A DNA stretch of 64,000 nt, from the NCBI RefSeq assembly GCF_058153355.1, contig NZ_CM177019.1. One strand, 5' to 3'. The notes under the pieces are model-generated. The model saw only the letters and a list, made by a program, of their open reading frames with translations, ran no database searches and was not told where the DNA came from. The translations under genes and the position numbers were made by a program. Shown piece after piece: positions 1 through 11,920 of the stretch (its first letter is position 1; each line of letters begins with the position of its first letter).

Positions 1-316
1 TCAGGCGTTCGATACCGTCTATTCTGACGCAAACAACGAAGCCGGATTCCTGCAAGAAGCCGCCCATATCAAACAGCTGGGCTTTGACGGCAAATCGCTG
101 ATCAACCCGCGTCAGATTGATCTGCTGCACAACCTCTACGCACCGACCCAGAAAGAAGTGGATCACGCCCGCCGCGTCGTAGAAGCCGCTGAAGCCGCCG
201 CTCGCGAAGGCCTCGGCGTGGTTTCCCTGAACGGCAAGATGGTGGACGGTCCGGTTATCGATCGCGCCCGTCTGGTGCTCTCCCGTGCAGAACTTTCCGG
301 CATCCGCGAAGAATAA
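1..316 (+). CDS. citE: Citrate lyase beta subunit, C-terminal fragment (gene starts upstream of window)
   Basis: In-frame ORF running off the 5' edge and ending at TAA 314-316, directly upstream of citF; conserved cit operon order. Confidence 0.75.
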   Translation, partial: QAFDTVYSDANNEAGFLQEAAHIKQLGFDGKSLINPRQIDLLHNLYAPTQKEVDHARRVVEAAEAAAREGLGVVSLNGKMVDGPVIDRARLVLSRAELSGIREE

Positions 317-326
317 GGCAATCAAA

Positions 327-1859
327 ATGACGCAGAAAATTGAACAATCTCAACGACAAGAACGGGTAGCGGCCTGGAATCGTCGCGCTGAATGCGATCT
401 TGCCGCTTTCCAGAACTCGCCAAAGCAAACCTACCAGGCTGAAAAAGCGCGCGATCGCAAACTGTGCGCCAACCTGGAAGAAGCGATTCGTCGCTCTGGT
501 TTACAGGACGGCATGACGGTTTCCTTCCATCACGCTTTCCGTGGCGGTGACCTGACCGTCAATATGGTGATGGACGTCATCGCGAAGATGGGCTTTAAAA
601 ACCTGACTCTGGCCTCCAGCTCCCTGAGTGATTGCCATGCGCCGCTGGTAGAACACATTCGCCAGGGCGTGGTTACCCGCATTTATACCTCTGGCCTTCG
701 CGGTCCACTGGCGGAAGAAATCTCCCGTGGTCTACTGGCGGAGCCGGTGCAAATCCACTCTCACGGCGGACGTGTGCATCTGGTACAGAGCGGCGAACTG
801 AATATCGACGTGGCTTTCCTTGGCGTCCCGTCCTGTGATGAATTCGGTAATGCCAACGGCTACACCGGTAAAGCCTGCTGCGGCTCCCTCGGCTATGCAA
901 TGGTTGATGCCGACAACGCAAAACAGGTCGTGATGCTTACCGAAGAACTGCTGCCTTATCCGCATAATCCGGCAAGCATTGAGCAAGATCAGGTTGATCT
1001 GATCGTCAAAGTTGATCGCGTTGGCGATGCTGCAAAAATCGGCGCTGGTGCTACCCGTATGACCACTAACCCGCGCGAACTGCTTATTGCCCGTAGCGCT
1101 GCGGATGTGATTGTTAACTCTGGCTACTTCAAAGAAGGTTTCTCCATGCAGACCGGCACCGGCGGCGCATCGCTGGCGGTAACCCGTTTCCTGGAAGACA
1201 AAATGCGTAGCCGCGATATTCGCGCTGACTTCGCCCTCGGTGGTATTACCGCAACGATGGTTGATCTGCACGAAAAAGGCCTGATCCGCAAACTGCTGGA
1301 TGTGCAGAGCTTTGACAGCCACGCTGCACAATCGCTGGCCCGTAACCCCAATCACATCGAAATCAGCGCCAACCAGTACGCTAACTGGGGTTCAAAAGGT
1401 GCATCGGTTGATCGTCTCGACGTGGTGGTACTGAGCGCGCTGGAAATTGACACCCAGTTCAACGTTAACGTGCTGACCGGCTCTGACGGCGTACTGCGTG
1501 GCGCTTCCGGTGGTCACTGCGATACCGCGATTGCCTCTGCACTTTCCATCATCGTCGCACCGCTGGTACGCGGTCGTATTCCGACGCTGGTGGATAACGT
1601 GCTGACCTGCATCACCCCGGGCTCCAGTGTCGATATTCTGGTCACAGACCACGGTATCGCAGTTAACCCGGCACGTCCGGAACTGGCAGAACGTCTGCAG
1701 GAAGCGGGGATCAAAGTGGTTTCTATTGAGTGGCTGCGTGAACGTGCGCGTCTGCTGACCGGTGAACCACAGCCGATTGAATTCACCGACCGCGTCGTTG
1801 CCGTTGTGCGTTACCGCGATGGCTCGGTGATCGATGTTGTGCATCAGGTGAAGGAATAA
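327..1859 (+). CDS. citF: Citrate lyase alpha subunit (citrate CoA-transferase)
   Basis: ORF 285..1859; product recognised as CitF from MTQKIEQSQRQERVAAWNRR onward, so the likely start is ATG 327. Confidence 0.9.
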   Translation: MTQKIEQSQRQERVAAWNRRAECDLAAFQNSPKQTYQAEKARDRKLCANLEEAIRRSGLQDGMTVSFHHAFRGGDLTVNMVMDVIAKMGFKNLTLASSSLSDCHAPLVEHIRQGVVTRIYTSGLRGPLAEEISRGLLAEPVQIHSHGGRVHLVQSGELNIDVAFLGVPSCDEFGNANGYTGKACCGSLGYAMVDADNAKQVVMLTEELLPYPHNPASIEQDQVDLIVKVDRVGDAAKIGAGATRMTTNPRELLIARSAADVIVNSGYFKEGFSMQTGTGGASLAVTRFLEDKMRSRDIRADFALGGITATMVDLHEKGLIRKLLDVQSFDSHAAQSLARNPNHIEISANQYANWGSKGASVDRLDVVVLSALEIDTQFNVNVLTGSDGVLRGASGGHCDTAIASALSIIVAPLVRGRIPTLVDNVLTCITPGSSVDILVTDHGIAVNPARPELAERLQEAGIKVVSIEWLRERARLLTGEPQPIEFTDRVVAVVRYRDGSVIDVVHQVKE

Positions 1860-1862
1860 GCC

Positions 1863-3267
<1,405 letters not shown>

Positions 3268-3317
3268 TTATTTAAGCACTTGATAAATTTGGAAATATTA
3301 ATTTTCGGAGAACCCGT

Positions 3318-4781
3318 ATGTCTTTAGCAAAAGATAATATATGGAAACTATTGGCCCCACTGGTGGTGATGGGCGTCATGTTTCTTATCCCTGTCCCCGA
3401 CGGTATGCCACCGCAGGCATGGCATTACTTCGCTGTGTTTGTGGCAATGATTGTCGGCATGATCCTCGAGCCAATTCCGGCAACAGCGATCAGTTTTATT
3501 GCGGTTACTATTTGCGTTATTGGCAGTAATTACCTTCTCTTTGATGCCAAAGAATTAGCTGACCCAGCGTTTAATGCGCAAAAACAGGCGCTGAAATGGG
3601 GTCTGGCTGGTTTTTCCAGCACCACGGTATGGCTGGTATTTGGCGCATTTATTTTTGCATTAGGGTATGAAGTTTCCGGGTTAGGTCGTCGCATTGCCCT
3701 TTTCCTGGTGAAATTCATGGGCAAACGCACGCTGACGTTAGGTTATGCGATAGTCATTATCGACATTCTGCTGGCACCGTTTACACCGTCCAACACCGCG
3801 CGTACCGGGGGTACGGTTTTTCCGGTCATTAAAAACCTGCCGCCGCTGTTTAAATCATTCCCGAACGATCCGTCCGCGCGTCGTATTGGCGGCTATTTGA
3901 TGTGGATGATGGTCATTAGTACCAGTCTGAGTTCGTCCATGTTTGTCACCGGTGCGGCACCAAACGTGCTGGGTCTGGAGTTCGTCAGCAAAATTGCCGG
4001 CATCCAGATTAGCTGGTTGCAGTGGTTCCTCTGCTTCCTGCCGGTTGGCGTTATCTTACTTATCATTGCGCCGTGGCTTTCCTACGTGCTTTACAAACCG
4101 GAAATCACACACAGTGAAGAAGTAGCAACCTGGGCGGGTGATGAACTAAAAACCATGGGTGCGCTGACACGCAGAGAATGGACGCTGATTGGCCTTGTAT
4201 TGCTCAGCTTAGGTTTGTGGGTATTTGGCAGTGAAGTCATTAATGCTACTGCGGTAGGTCTGCTGGCAGTTTCGCTAATGCTGGCCCTGCACGTTGTGCC
4301 GTGGAAAGACATTACCCGCTATAACAGCGCATGGAACACGCTGGTCAACCTGGCAACTTTGGTTGTGATGGCTAATGGCCTGACTCGTTCTGGCTTTATT
4401 GACTGGTTCGCCGGTACCATGAGTACGCACCTGGAAGGATTCTCACCAAACGCAACGGTGATTGTACTGGTTCTGGTGTTCTACTTTGCGCACTACCTGT
4501 TTGCCAGCCTGTCTGCGCACACCGCAACCATGCTGCCGGTTATTCTGGCCGTCGGTAAAGGTATTCCGGGCGTACCAATGGAACAACTGTGTATCCTGCT
4601 GGTGCTGTCTATCGGTATCATGGGCTGTCTGACGCCGTATGCAACCGGTCCTGGGGTGATTATTTACGGCTGCGGCTATGTGAAATCAAAAGATTACTGG
4701 CGACTTAGTGCAATCTTCGGGGTGATTTACATCTCTATGTTGCTGTTGGTTGGCTGGCCGATTCTCGCCATGTGGAACTAA
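3318..4781 (+). CDS. citT: Citrate:succinate antiporter (DASS family)
   Basis: 487-aa polytopic membrane protein following citG; matches CitT. Confidence 0.9.
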   Translation: MSLAKDNIWKLLAPLVVMGVMFLIPVPDGMPPQAWHYFAVFVAMIVGMILEPIPATAISFIAVTICVIGSNYLLFDAKELADPAFNAQKQALKWGLAGFSSTTVWLVFGAFIFALGYEVSGLGRRIALFLVKFMGKRTLTLGYAIVIIDILLAPFTPSNTARTGGTVFPVIKNLPPLFKSFPNDPSARRIGGYLMWMMVISTSLSSSMFVTGAAPNVLGLEFVSKIAGIQISWLQWFLCFLPVGVILLIIAPWLSYVLYKPEITHSEEVATWAGDELKTMGALTRREWTLIGLVLLSLGLWVFGSEVINATAVGLLAVSLMLALHVVPWKDITRYNSAWNTLVNLATLVVMANGLTRSGFIDWFAGTMSTHLEGFSPNATVIVLVLVFYFAHYLFASLSAHTATMLPVILAVGKGIPGVPMEQLCILLVLSIGIMGCLTPYATGPGVIIYGCGYVKSKDYWRLSAIFGVIYISMLLLVGWPILAMWN

Positions 4782-4812
4782 TACGTTCGCCAAACGCTGA
4801 ATAAATCATCAC

Positions 4813-4847
4813 GCCCGCCAGGTAAGCCCACCTGGCGGGCTTTTTTA
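4813..4847 (+). terminator. Rho-independent terminator after citT
   Basis: GC stem cccgccaggt/acctggcggg followed by TTTTTT at 4841-4846. Confidence 0.8.
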
Positions 4848-4894
4848 TGATTTAATAGATAGTATTCAGTGTATGTATGAGTTCCACACCCATT

Positions 4895-5701
4895 ATGAAA
4901 GCATTCTGGCGTAACGCCGCGTTGCTCGCGGTTTCTCTGCTTCCCTTCTCTTTTGCCAACGCCGTGGCGTTGCAGGCAAAACAGTATGGCGATTTTGATC
5001 GCTATGTCCTGGCCCTCTCCTGGCAAACCGGATTTTGCCAGAGTCAACACGATCGAAATCGTAACGAACGAGATGAATGTCGCCTGCAAACCGAAACGAC
5101 CAACAAAGCTGATTTTCTGACCGTACATGGTCTATGGCCTGGATTGCCTAAATCGGTTGCTGCCCGTGGTGTTGATGAACGCCGCTGGATGCGCTTCGGT
5201 TGCGCTACTCGCCCAATCCCGAATCTGCCAGAAGCACGCGCCAGCCGGATGTGTTCATCGCCGGAAACTGGGTTATCACTGGAAACGGCAGCTAAACTAA
5301 GTGAAGTCATGCCAGGAGCTGGCGGACGTTCCTGCCTGGAACGCTACGAATATGCCAAACACGGTGCCTGCTTTGGTTTTGATCCAGACGCATACTTCGG
5401 CACGATGGTACGCCTGAATCAAGAAATTAAAGAGAGCGAAGCCGGAAAATTCCTTGCGGATAACTACGGTAAGACAGTGAGCCGCCGTGACTTTGACGCC
5501 GCCTTTGCCAAAAGCTGGGGAAAAGAGAACGTGAAAGCAGTTAAGCTAACGTGTCAGGGTAACCCTGCGTATTTGACTGAAATTCAGATCTCGATCAAAG
5601 CTGACGCCATCAACGCTCCGCTTTCTGCAAACTCATTCTTGCCACAACCACACCCAGGCAACTGTGGCAAAACCTTTGTGATTGATAAAGCAGGTTATTA
5701 A
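4895..5701 (+). CDS. rna: Periplasmic ribonuclease I (RNase T2 family)
   Basis: ORF 4877..5701; product recognised as RNase I from MKAFWRNAALLAVSLL (signal peptide), likely start ATG 4895. Confidence 0.9.
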   Translation: MKAFWRNAALLAVSLLPFSFANAVALQAKQYGDFDRYVLALSWQTGFCQSQHDRNRNERDECRLQTETTNKADFLTVHGLWPGLPKSVAARGVDERRWMRFGCATRPIPNLPEARASRMCSSPETGLSLETAAKLSEVMPGAGGRSCLERYEYAKHGACFGFDPDAYFGTMVRLNQEIKESEAGKFLADNYGKTVSRRDFDAAFAKSWGKENVKAVKLTCQGNPAYLTEIQISIKADAINAPLSANSFLPQPHPGNCGKTFVIDKAGY

Positions 5702-5850
5702 TCCTCTGATTTACAAAAGACGCTAATTCGTCTTCCATAAACTATGACGATTAAGATTTATACATAATGCGCTGCATTGAGGAATTCCCTGAATGTGACG
5801 CAAATCACTTCAAAGAGTGAGCAACAGTCAGTATCATCATGTGAGTTAAA

Positions 5851-5882
5851 CCCTCGCCGCCTGACGGTGAGGGTTTTCTTTT
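5851..5882 (+). terminator. Hairpin plus U-tract between rna and rnk
   Basis: 9-bp stem ccctcgccg/cggtgaggg (one G-U pair), 5-nt loop, then ttttctttt. Confidence 0.6.
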
Positions 5883-5930
5883 GGGTATGTTTATCTGCGA
5901 CACTCGCAGTACCGACGACATGGAGTAAAA

Positions 5931-6341
5931 ATGTCCAGACCAACTATCATCATTAACGACCTGGATGCCGAACGCATCGATATTCTGCTGGAGCAACCCG
6001 CCTATGCTGGTTTGCCAATCGCCGACGCGTTAAACGCAGAGTTGGATCGCGCCCAAATGTGTTCGCCAGAAGAGATGCCACACGACGTGGTGACAATGAA
6101 CAGCCGGGTTAAATTCCGCAATCTTAGCGATGGCGAAGTGCGTGTGCGCACGCTGGTGTATCCGGCAAAAATGACCGATAGCAATACTCAGCTTTCCGTT
6201 ATGGCTCCGGTAGGTGCCGCACTGCTGGGGCTGCGCGTTGGCGATTCCATTCACTGGGAACTTCCGGGCGGCGTTGCAACCCACCTTGAAGTGCTGGAAC
6301 TCGAATACCAGCCAGAAGCTGCTGGCGACTACCTGCTTTAA
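5931..6341 (+). CDS. rnk: Regulator of nucleoside diphosphate kinase (GreA/GreB-like)
   Basis: 136-aa ORF; sequence and position next to rna match Rnk. Confidence 0.85.
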
Positions 6342-6375
6342 TCCCATCTGCACAAGCGACAACTCGCTTTGCCCA

Positions 6376-6400
6376 GAGGATGCACTCGCATCCTCTTTCC
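6376..6400 (+). terminator. Rho-independent terminator after rnk
   Basis: Stem gaggatgc/gcatcctc with loop actc, followed by tttcc. Confidence 0.6.
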
Positions 6401-6696
6401 GCTCAAATATCAACCAGATTTATCATTTTGCTCTTAAGCACAGCATTCTAATCTGAACTGGTTATTCATCTGCGGAACCCCATATGAGCGAAGCTCTCAG
6501 TATCACTGCGTTTTATATATTCATAGCAGCTATTATTGTTGCTGCAGTGCTATACCTTGAACAACGCTGGTAGTACCTGGTTTTATTTATTTTCCAGATC
6601 AATCGCAAATTCAGATCGAATCAGCCTCGCAAATCATAGATTCATAATCAATAATGTGCTGTTATGTATACATGCAAAAACAAGGAGAGAATGCTT

Positions 6697-7125
6697 ATGT
6701 ACAAAACAATCATTATGCCAGTGGATGTATTTGAAATGGAATTGAGCGACAAAGCTGTTCGCCACGCTGAATTCCTCGCCCAGGATGATGGAGTTATTCA
6801 TCTACTTCACGTGCTACCAGGCTCAGCCAGCCTGAGCCTGCACCGTTTTGCCGCTGATGTGCGCCGTTTTGAAGAGCATCTGCAACATGAAGCAGAAGAA
6901 CGTCTGCAAACGATGGTAAGCCACTTCACCATCGATCCTTCCCGCATTAAACAACATGTCCGTTTTGGTAGTGTGCGGGATGAAGTTAACGAGTTAGCGA
7001 AAGAACTCGATGCAGATGTAGTGGTGATTGGTTCGCGTAATCCATCAATTTCAACCCATCTATTAGGTTCTAACGCCTCCAGTGTGATCCGTCACGCTAA
7101 TCTGCCTGTACTGGTCGTTCGCTAA
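6697..7125 (+). CDS. uspG: Universal stress protein G
   Basis: ORF 6664..7125; UspG recognised from [21 protein letters not shown], likely start ATG 6697; convergent with ahpF as in K-12. Confidence 0.85.
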   Translation: MYKTIIMPVDVFEMELSDKAVRHAEFLAQDDGVIHLLHVLPGSASLSLHRFAADVRRFEEHLQHEAEERLQTMVSHFTIDPSRIKQHVRFGSVRDEVNELAKELDADVVVIGSRNPSISTHLLGSNASSVIRHANLPVLVVR

Positions 7126-7246
7126 CAGACAAAAATATTTATACCGCCCTGCCCGGAGCCATCCCGGCGGGGCTTTTTATTGCAATAAAAAAGCCGCCAG
7201 GTTTGACCCCGGCGGCTAAGCAATTGCAGGTGAATCTTACTTCTTC

Positions 7247-8812
7247 TTATGCTGTTTTGGTGCGAATCAGGTAGTCAAAAGCACTCAGAGAGGCTTTGGC
7301 ACCTTCGCCAGTGGCGATGATGATCTGCTTGTACGGAACCGTTGTACAGTCACCCGCAGCGAACACGCCTTTGACGTTGGTTTCGCATTTCGCATCAATG
7401 ATAATCTCGCCCATGCGGTTACGTTCGACTGCGCCTTCGAGCCAGTTGGTGTTCGGCAGCAGACCAATCTGGACGAAAATACCGGCCAGTTCGATGTTGT
7501 GAATATCGCCGCTGACACGATCGCGATATTCCAGACCAACAACTTTGCTGCCGTCGCCTTTCACTTCCGTGGTTTGCGCATTCAGAATAATGTCGACGTT
7601 TTTCAGGCTGCGCAGTTTGTCCTGCAGAACCTGGTCGGCTTTCATTTCTGGCGCAAATTCCAGCAGAGTTACGTGCTCAACGATACCCGCCAGGTCGATT
7701 GCCGCTTCCACGCCGGAGTTACCGCCGCCGATGACCGCTACGCGTTTGCCTTTAAACAGCGGGCCGTCGCAGTGCGGGCAGTAGGTCACGCCTTTGGTGC
7801 GATATTGATCTTCGCCCGGAACGTTCATGTTACGCCATTTTGCACCGGTCGCCACGATAATACTGCGTGCTTTCAGTACCGCGCCAGAAGCTGTTTCAAT
7901 CTGATGCAGGCCGCCTTCAACCGCTGCCGGGATCAGTTTGCTCGCGCTCTGGCTGTCGATCACATCAACGTCGTATTCATCAACGTGAACTTTCAGCGCC
8001 CCTGCCAGCTTCTGCCCTTCAGTCTTCGGTACAGAAATGTAGTTTTCGATATCAACGGTATCGAGGATCTGACCACCAAAACGTTCACCCATCAGACCGG
8101 TACGGATGCCTTTACGTGCGGAGTAAATTGCTGCCGCTGCACCCGCCGGGCCGGAACCAACGATTAATACGTCATAAACATCACGCTTGTTCAGCTCTTC
8201 TGCCGCACGTTTTTCCGCGCCAGTATCAATTTTGGCGACGATTTCGGAAATAGTCATGCGGCCCTGACCAAACTCTTTCCCGTTTACGAACACTGCCGGA
8301 ACGCCCATCACGTTGCGATCGGTGATTTCGTTCTGGAAGGTGCCGCCGTCAATTGCCGTATGCTTAATACGCGGATTCAGTACGCTCATCAGGTTCAGCG
8401 CCTGCACTACGTCCGGGCAGTTGTGGCAAGAGAGCGAGTAATAGGTTTCGAATTCAAAATCACCGTCAATATGGCGAATCTGCTCCAGCAGAGACTGCGC
8501 TTCTTTCGACGGATGACCTCCGGTCCACAACAACGCCAGTACCAGCGAGGTGAACTCGTGGCCCAGCGGGGAACCTGCAAAACGTGGCCCCTGGTTGGAA
8601 CCTGGGTTAGTGATCAGGAAAGACGGCTTACGCACTGGCAAGCTGTTATCTTCTTTAAAGGTGACTTTGTCTGACAGTTCTGCGATTTCAGCCAACAGTT
8701 CCTTGATTTCTGCCGATTTAGCGCTGTCATCCAGCGTGGCAATTAACTCAACAGGCTTGGTCAATTTCTCAAGGTAAGCCTTGAGTTGAGTTTTCATATT
8801 TGTGTCGAGCAT
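7247..8812 (-). CDS. ahpF: Alkyl hydroperoxide reductase subunit F (flavoprotein disulfide reductase)
   Basis: ORF 7247..8842; AhpF recognised from [23 protein letters not shown] motifs [10 protein letters not shown] and CPHCDG present. Confidence 0.95.
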   Translation of the reverse strand: MLDTNMKTQLKAYLEKLTKPVELIATLDDSAKSAEIKELLAEIAELSDKVTFKEDNSLPVRKPSFLITNPGSNQGPRFAGSPLGHEFTSLVLALLWTGGHPSKEAQSLLEQIRHIDGDFEFETYYSLSCHNCPDVVQALNLMSVLNPRIKHTAIDGGTFQNEITDRNVMGVPAVFVNGKEFGQGRMTISEIVAKIDTGAEKRAAEELNKRDVYDVLIVGSGPAGAAAAIYSARKGIRTGLMGERFGGQILDTVDIENYISVPKTEGQKLAGALKVHVDEYDVDVIDSQSASKLIPAAVEGGLHQIETASGAVLKARSIIVATGAKWRNMNVPGEDQYRTKGVTYCPHCDGPLFKGKRVAVIGGGNSGVEAAIDLAGIVEHVTLLEFAPEMKADQVLQDKLRSLKNVDIILNAQTTEVKGDGSKVVGLEYRDRVSGDIHNIELAGIFVQIGLLPNTNWLEGAVERNRMGEIIIDAKCETNVKGVFAAGDCTTVPYKQIIIATGEGAKASLSAFDYLIRTKTA

Positions 8813-8982
8813 GTTTATCTCCTGGGCTTTAAACATCATCATGCAAGCGGCCTCTGCGGCTACCTGGATGCAGCTTGCATCATGGTGCGGGGAAGAAAAT
8901 CGGGTGCCGCAGCACCCGATTAATTAGGTGAATTTCCGAACTATTTCGCGCCGGAGTTGGTAACGCGAAAGACGAAGGAAAT

Positions 8983-9546
8983 TTAGATTTTACCAACCAG
9001 GTCCAGGGATGGAGCCAGAGTTGCTTCACCTTCTTTCCATTTAGCCGGGCAAACTTCACCTGGGTGAGAAGCCACGTACTGTGCTGCTTTGATTTTACGC
9101 AGCAGGTCAGACGCGTCACGGCCAATGCCTTCAGCGGTAACTTCGATTGCCTGGATGATACCCTGCGGGTCAACAACGAAGGTTGCACGGTCAGCCAGAC
9201 CTTCATCTTCACGCATGTTGTCGAAGTTACGGGTCAGGGCGCCAGTCGGGTCGCCGATCATCGCATATTTGATTTTAGCGATAGTTTCAGAGCTGCTGTG
9301 CCATGCTTTGTGGGTGAAGTGAGTATCGGTAGATACTGCGTATACATCTACGCCCAGTTTCTGCAGTTCTTCGTAGTGGTCAGCAACGTCACCCAATTCG
9401 GTCGGGCATACGAAAGTAAAGTCAGCCGGGTAGAAGAAGAAGACGCTCCAGCGGCCTTCGGTATCTTTTTCGGTGATTTCGATGAATTCGCCGTTTTTGA
9501 ATGCCTGGTTTTTAAAAGGTTTAATTTTGGTGTTAATCAAGGACAT
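8983..9546 (-). CDS. ahpC: Alkyl hydroperoxide reductase subunit C (peroxiredoxin)
   Basis: 187-aa [24 protein letters not shown]..., typical 2-Cys peroxiredoxin; upstream of ahpF. Confidence 0.95.
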   Translation of the reverse strand: MSLINTKIKPFKNQAFKNGEFIEITEKDTEGRWSVFFFYPADFTFVCPTELGDVADHYEELQKLGVDVYAVSTDTHFTHKAWHSSSETIAKIKYAMIGDPTGALTRNFDNMREDEGLADRATFVVDPQGIIQAIEVTAEGIGRDASDLLRKIKAAQYVASHPGEVCPAKWKEGEATLAPSLDLVGKI

Positions 9547-9918
9547 CTATACTTCCTCCGTGTTTTCGATGAGATGTAAGGTAACCAATTTTTGCCGATT
9601 CGGCTAATGCGTTTCCATTATCAAATCGATAAGTTTTACCTTACAACCGTCGTAAGACAACTTTGTGAACTTTGCACCGCCAGTGGCGATAAAAAGTAAA
9701 ATGGGCCCCCTTTCCAGGTGACCGTGTAATCTGAACTACCCTTTGGTATCTTCAGCGCCTGCCTGCAGGCTGTGGTGTTGCCCTTACAAATGCAACAACG
9801 ACATGGATTACAACACCCTCATAAACAAAGGGCAATCACCTGATCTAAGCTCTTACCTATGACAGTGATAGGTTATGCCTTTTACTCCATTTTTGCACTG
9901 ACTGAAAAGGACAAATTA
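9547..9918. promoter_or_regulatory. Divergent ahpC / dsbG promoter region (expected OxyR-controlled)
   Basis: Intergenic region between divergently transcribed ahpC and dsbG; OxyR control is established knowledge for this locus, individual sites not mapped here. Confidence 0.5.
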
Positions 9919-10664
9919 ATGTTAAAAAAGATACTTTTACTGGCTCTGCTTCCTACAATCGCCTTTGCAGAGGAACTTCCTGCTCCGGTAAAAGCGATTG
10001 AAAAACAGGGCATTAAGATCATCAAAACGTTCGATGCCCCCGGCGGAATGAAAGGTTATCTCGGCAAGTATCAGGATATGGGCGTCACCATCTACCTGAC
10101 TCCAGATGGTAAGCACGCTATCTCTGGTTACATGTACAACGAGAAAGGTGAAAACCTGAGTAACATGCTTATCGAAAAAGAAATTTATGCGCCAGCCGGA
10201 CGCGAAATGTGGCAACGGATGGAACAATCGCACTGGCTCCTCGACGGTAAAAAAGACGCGCCAGTCATAGTCTACGTTTTCGCCGATCCGTTCTGCCATA
10301 TTGTAAACAGTTCTGGCAGCAGGCGCGCCCGTGGGTTGATTCTGGCAAAGTACAGTTGAGAACATTGTTGGTTGGGGTTATCAAACCAGAAAGTCCGGCG
10401 ACAGCCGCGGCAATTCTGGCCTCTAAAGATCCCTCAAAAACCTGGCAAGAATATGAAGCCTCTGGCGGCAAACTTAATCTAAATGTGCCTACAAACGTAA
10501 GTACAGAGCAAATGAAAGTGTTAAGCGACAACGAGAAACTCATGGACGATCTGGGGGCAAATGTCACACCGGCTATCTATTACATGAGTAAGGAAAATAC
10601 GCTGCAACAGGCCGTGGGGTTGCCCGATCAGAAAACGCTTAATATCATTATGGAAAATAAATAG
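9919..10664 (+). pseudogene. dsbG: Periplasmic disulfide isomerase DsbG, frameshifted inside the CPYC active-site codons
   Basis: ORFs 9859..10359 and 10356..10664 are in different frames; the window reads ...FADPFC then 'cat att gta aac' where CPYCKQFW is expected, consistent with one missing C in a C-run near 10294-10297. Confidence 0.8.
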
Positions 10665-10871
10665 AAGATAATTCATGGGTGGTTGAAATACATCCTTGCT
10701 TTTCAACCATTCTAAAAACGCATGAATTGCTTCTTCCCCTCCAGACAACTGTGTTACTTTAGAAAAACTTAATCCAGAGTTAAGTAATAAAACATAACAA
10801 ATATAAATAAAACAGTAGAATCATTGATTACAAGAATGATTTATGGACAAGATAATATAACGGAGTATGTT

Positions 10872-11774
10872 ATGGCTAATCTTTATGATTTAAAAAAATT
10901 CGACCTCAATTTACTGGTCATATTTGAGTGCATTTATCAACACCTCAGCATTAGCAAAGCAGCAGAATCATTATATATAACGCCATCTGCCGTTAGTCAG
11001 TCGTTACAACGTTTACGCGCGCAATTTAATGACCCGTTATTCATCCGCTCAGGGAAAGGTATCGCGCCGACTACAACAGGGTTAAATCTGCATCACCATC
11101 TTGAGAAAAATCTCCGAGGCCTTGAACAAACGATCAATATCGTTAATAAGTCTGAGCTGAAGAAAAATTTTATTATCTACGGTCCTCAGCTTATTTCTTG
11201 TAGTAATAACAACATGCTAATCCGCTGTCTAAGACAAGATACTTCAATCGATATAGAATGCCATGACATACTGCTTTCAGCTGAAAACGCTGAAGAATTG
11301 TTAGTTCAACGCAAAGCTGACCTGGCAATTACACTGCAACCAGTAATTAGCCGCTCTGTCATCTGCATGCCGGTACATACTATTCGCAATTCTCTTATAT
11401 GTAGCAACAAACATCCTCGTATTACCGATACCAGTAACTATGAACAAATTATCGCCGAAGAATTCACCTTGTTGATATCTAAATCAGCAGGGATTGACGA
11501 AATTCAAATGGACATAGATGAACGTTTTATGAACCGTAAAGTTTCATTTCGCAGTTCTTCTTTGTTGACGATAATTAATAGTATTTCTGTTACTGACTTA
11601 TTGGGCATTGTGCCCACCGAACTGTACGATTTACATCGTGATTTTTTGAAGTTACAAGAGATAAAACTGGAACGACCACTTCCTACGGTTAAACTTTATA
11701 TTTCCTATAACAAGGCTTCGTTGAACAACCTTGTCTTCTCACGATTCATAGATCGTTTAAATGATAGCTTCTGA
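10872..11774 (+). CDS. ybdO: LysR-family transcriptional regulator
   Basis: ORF 10824..11774; YbdO recognised from MANLYDLKKFDLNLLVIFECIYQHLSISKAAESL (LysR HTH); AT-rich gene and upstream region. Confidence 0.8.
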   Translation: MANLYDLKKFDLNLLVIFECIYQHLSISKAAESLYITPSAVSQSLQRLRAQFNDPLFIRSGKGIAPTTTGLNLHHHLEKNLRGLEQTINIVNKSELKKNFIIYGPQLISCSNNNMLIRCLRQDTSIDIECHDILLSAENAEELLVQRKADLAITLQPVISRSVICMPVHTIRNSLICSNKHPRITDTSNYEQIIAEEFTLLISKSAGIDEIQMDIDERFMNRKVSFRSSSLLTIINSISVTDLLGIVPTELYDLHRDFLKLQEIKLERPLPTVKLYISYNKASLNNLVFSRFIDRLNDSF

Positions 11775-11920
11775 TTTATTACCACGGATAAATGTTATAT
11801 TACGCATCAATTGATTCATTGTGTGAATATAAAATAATGTGCTCTATCTTGCTTCGTTTACCCTATAATTAGCGGATTCATCTCACAAGTCACCCAGTAA
11901 CGTTCAGAGAGCGTTTTCAG

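Noticed and set aside
7499-8167. 222-aa ORF on the + strand inside ahpF
   Set aside because: Antisense shadow ORF lying entirely within the well-supported ahpF coding region; no independent signals.
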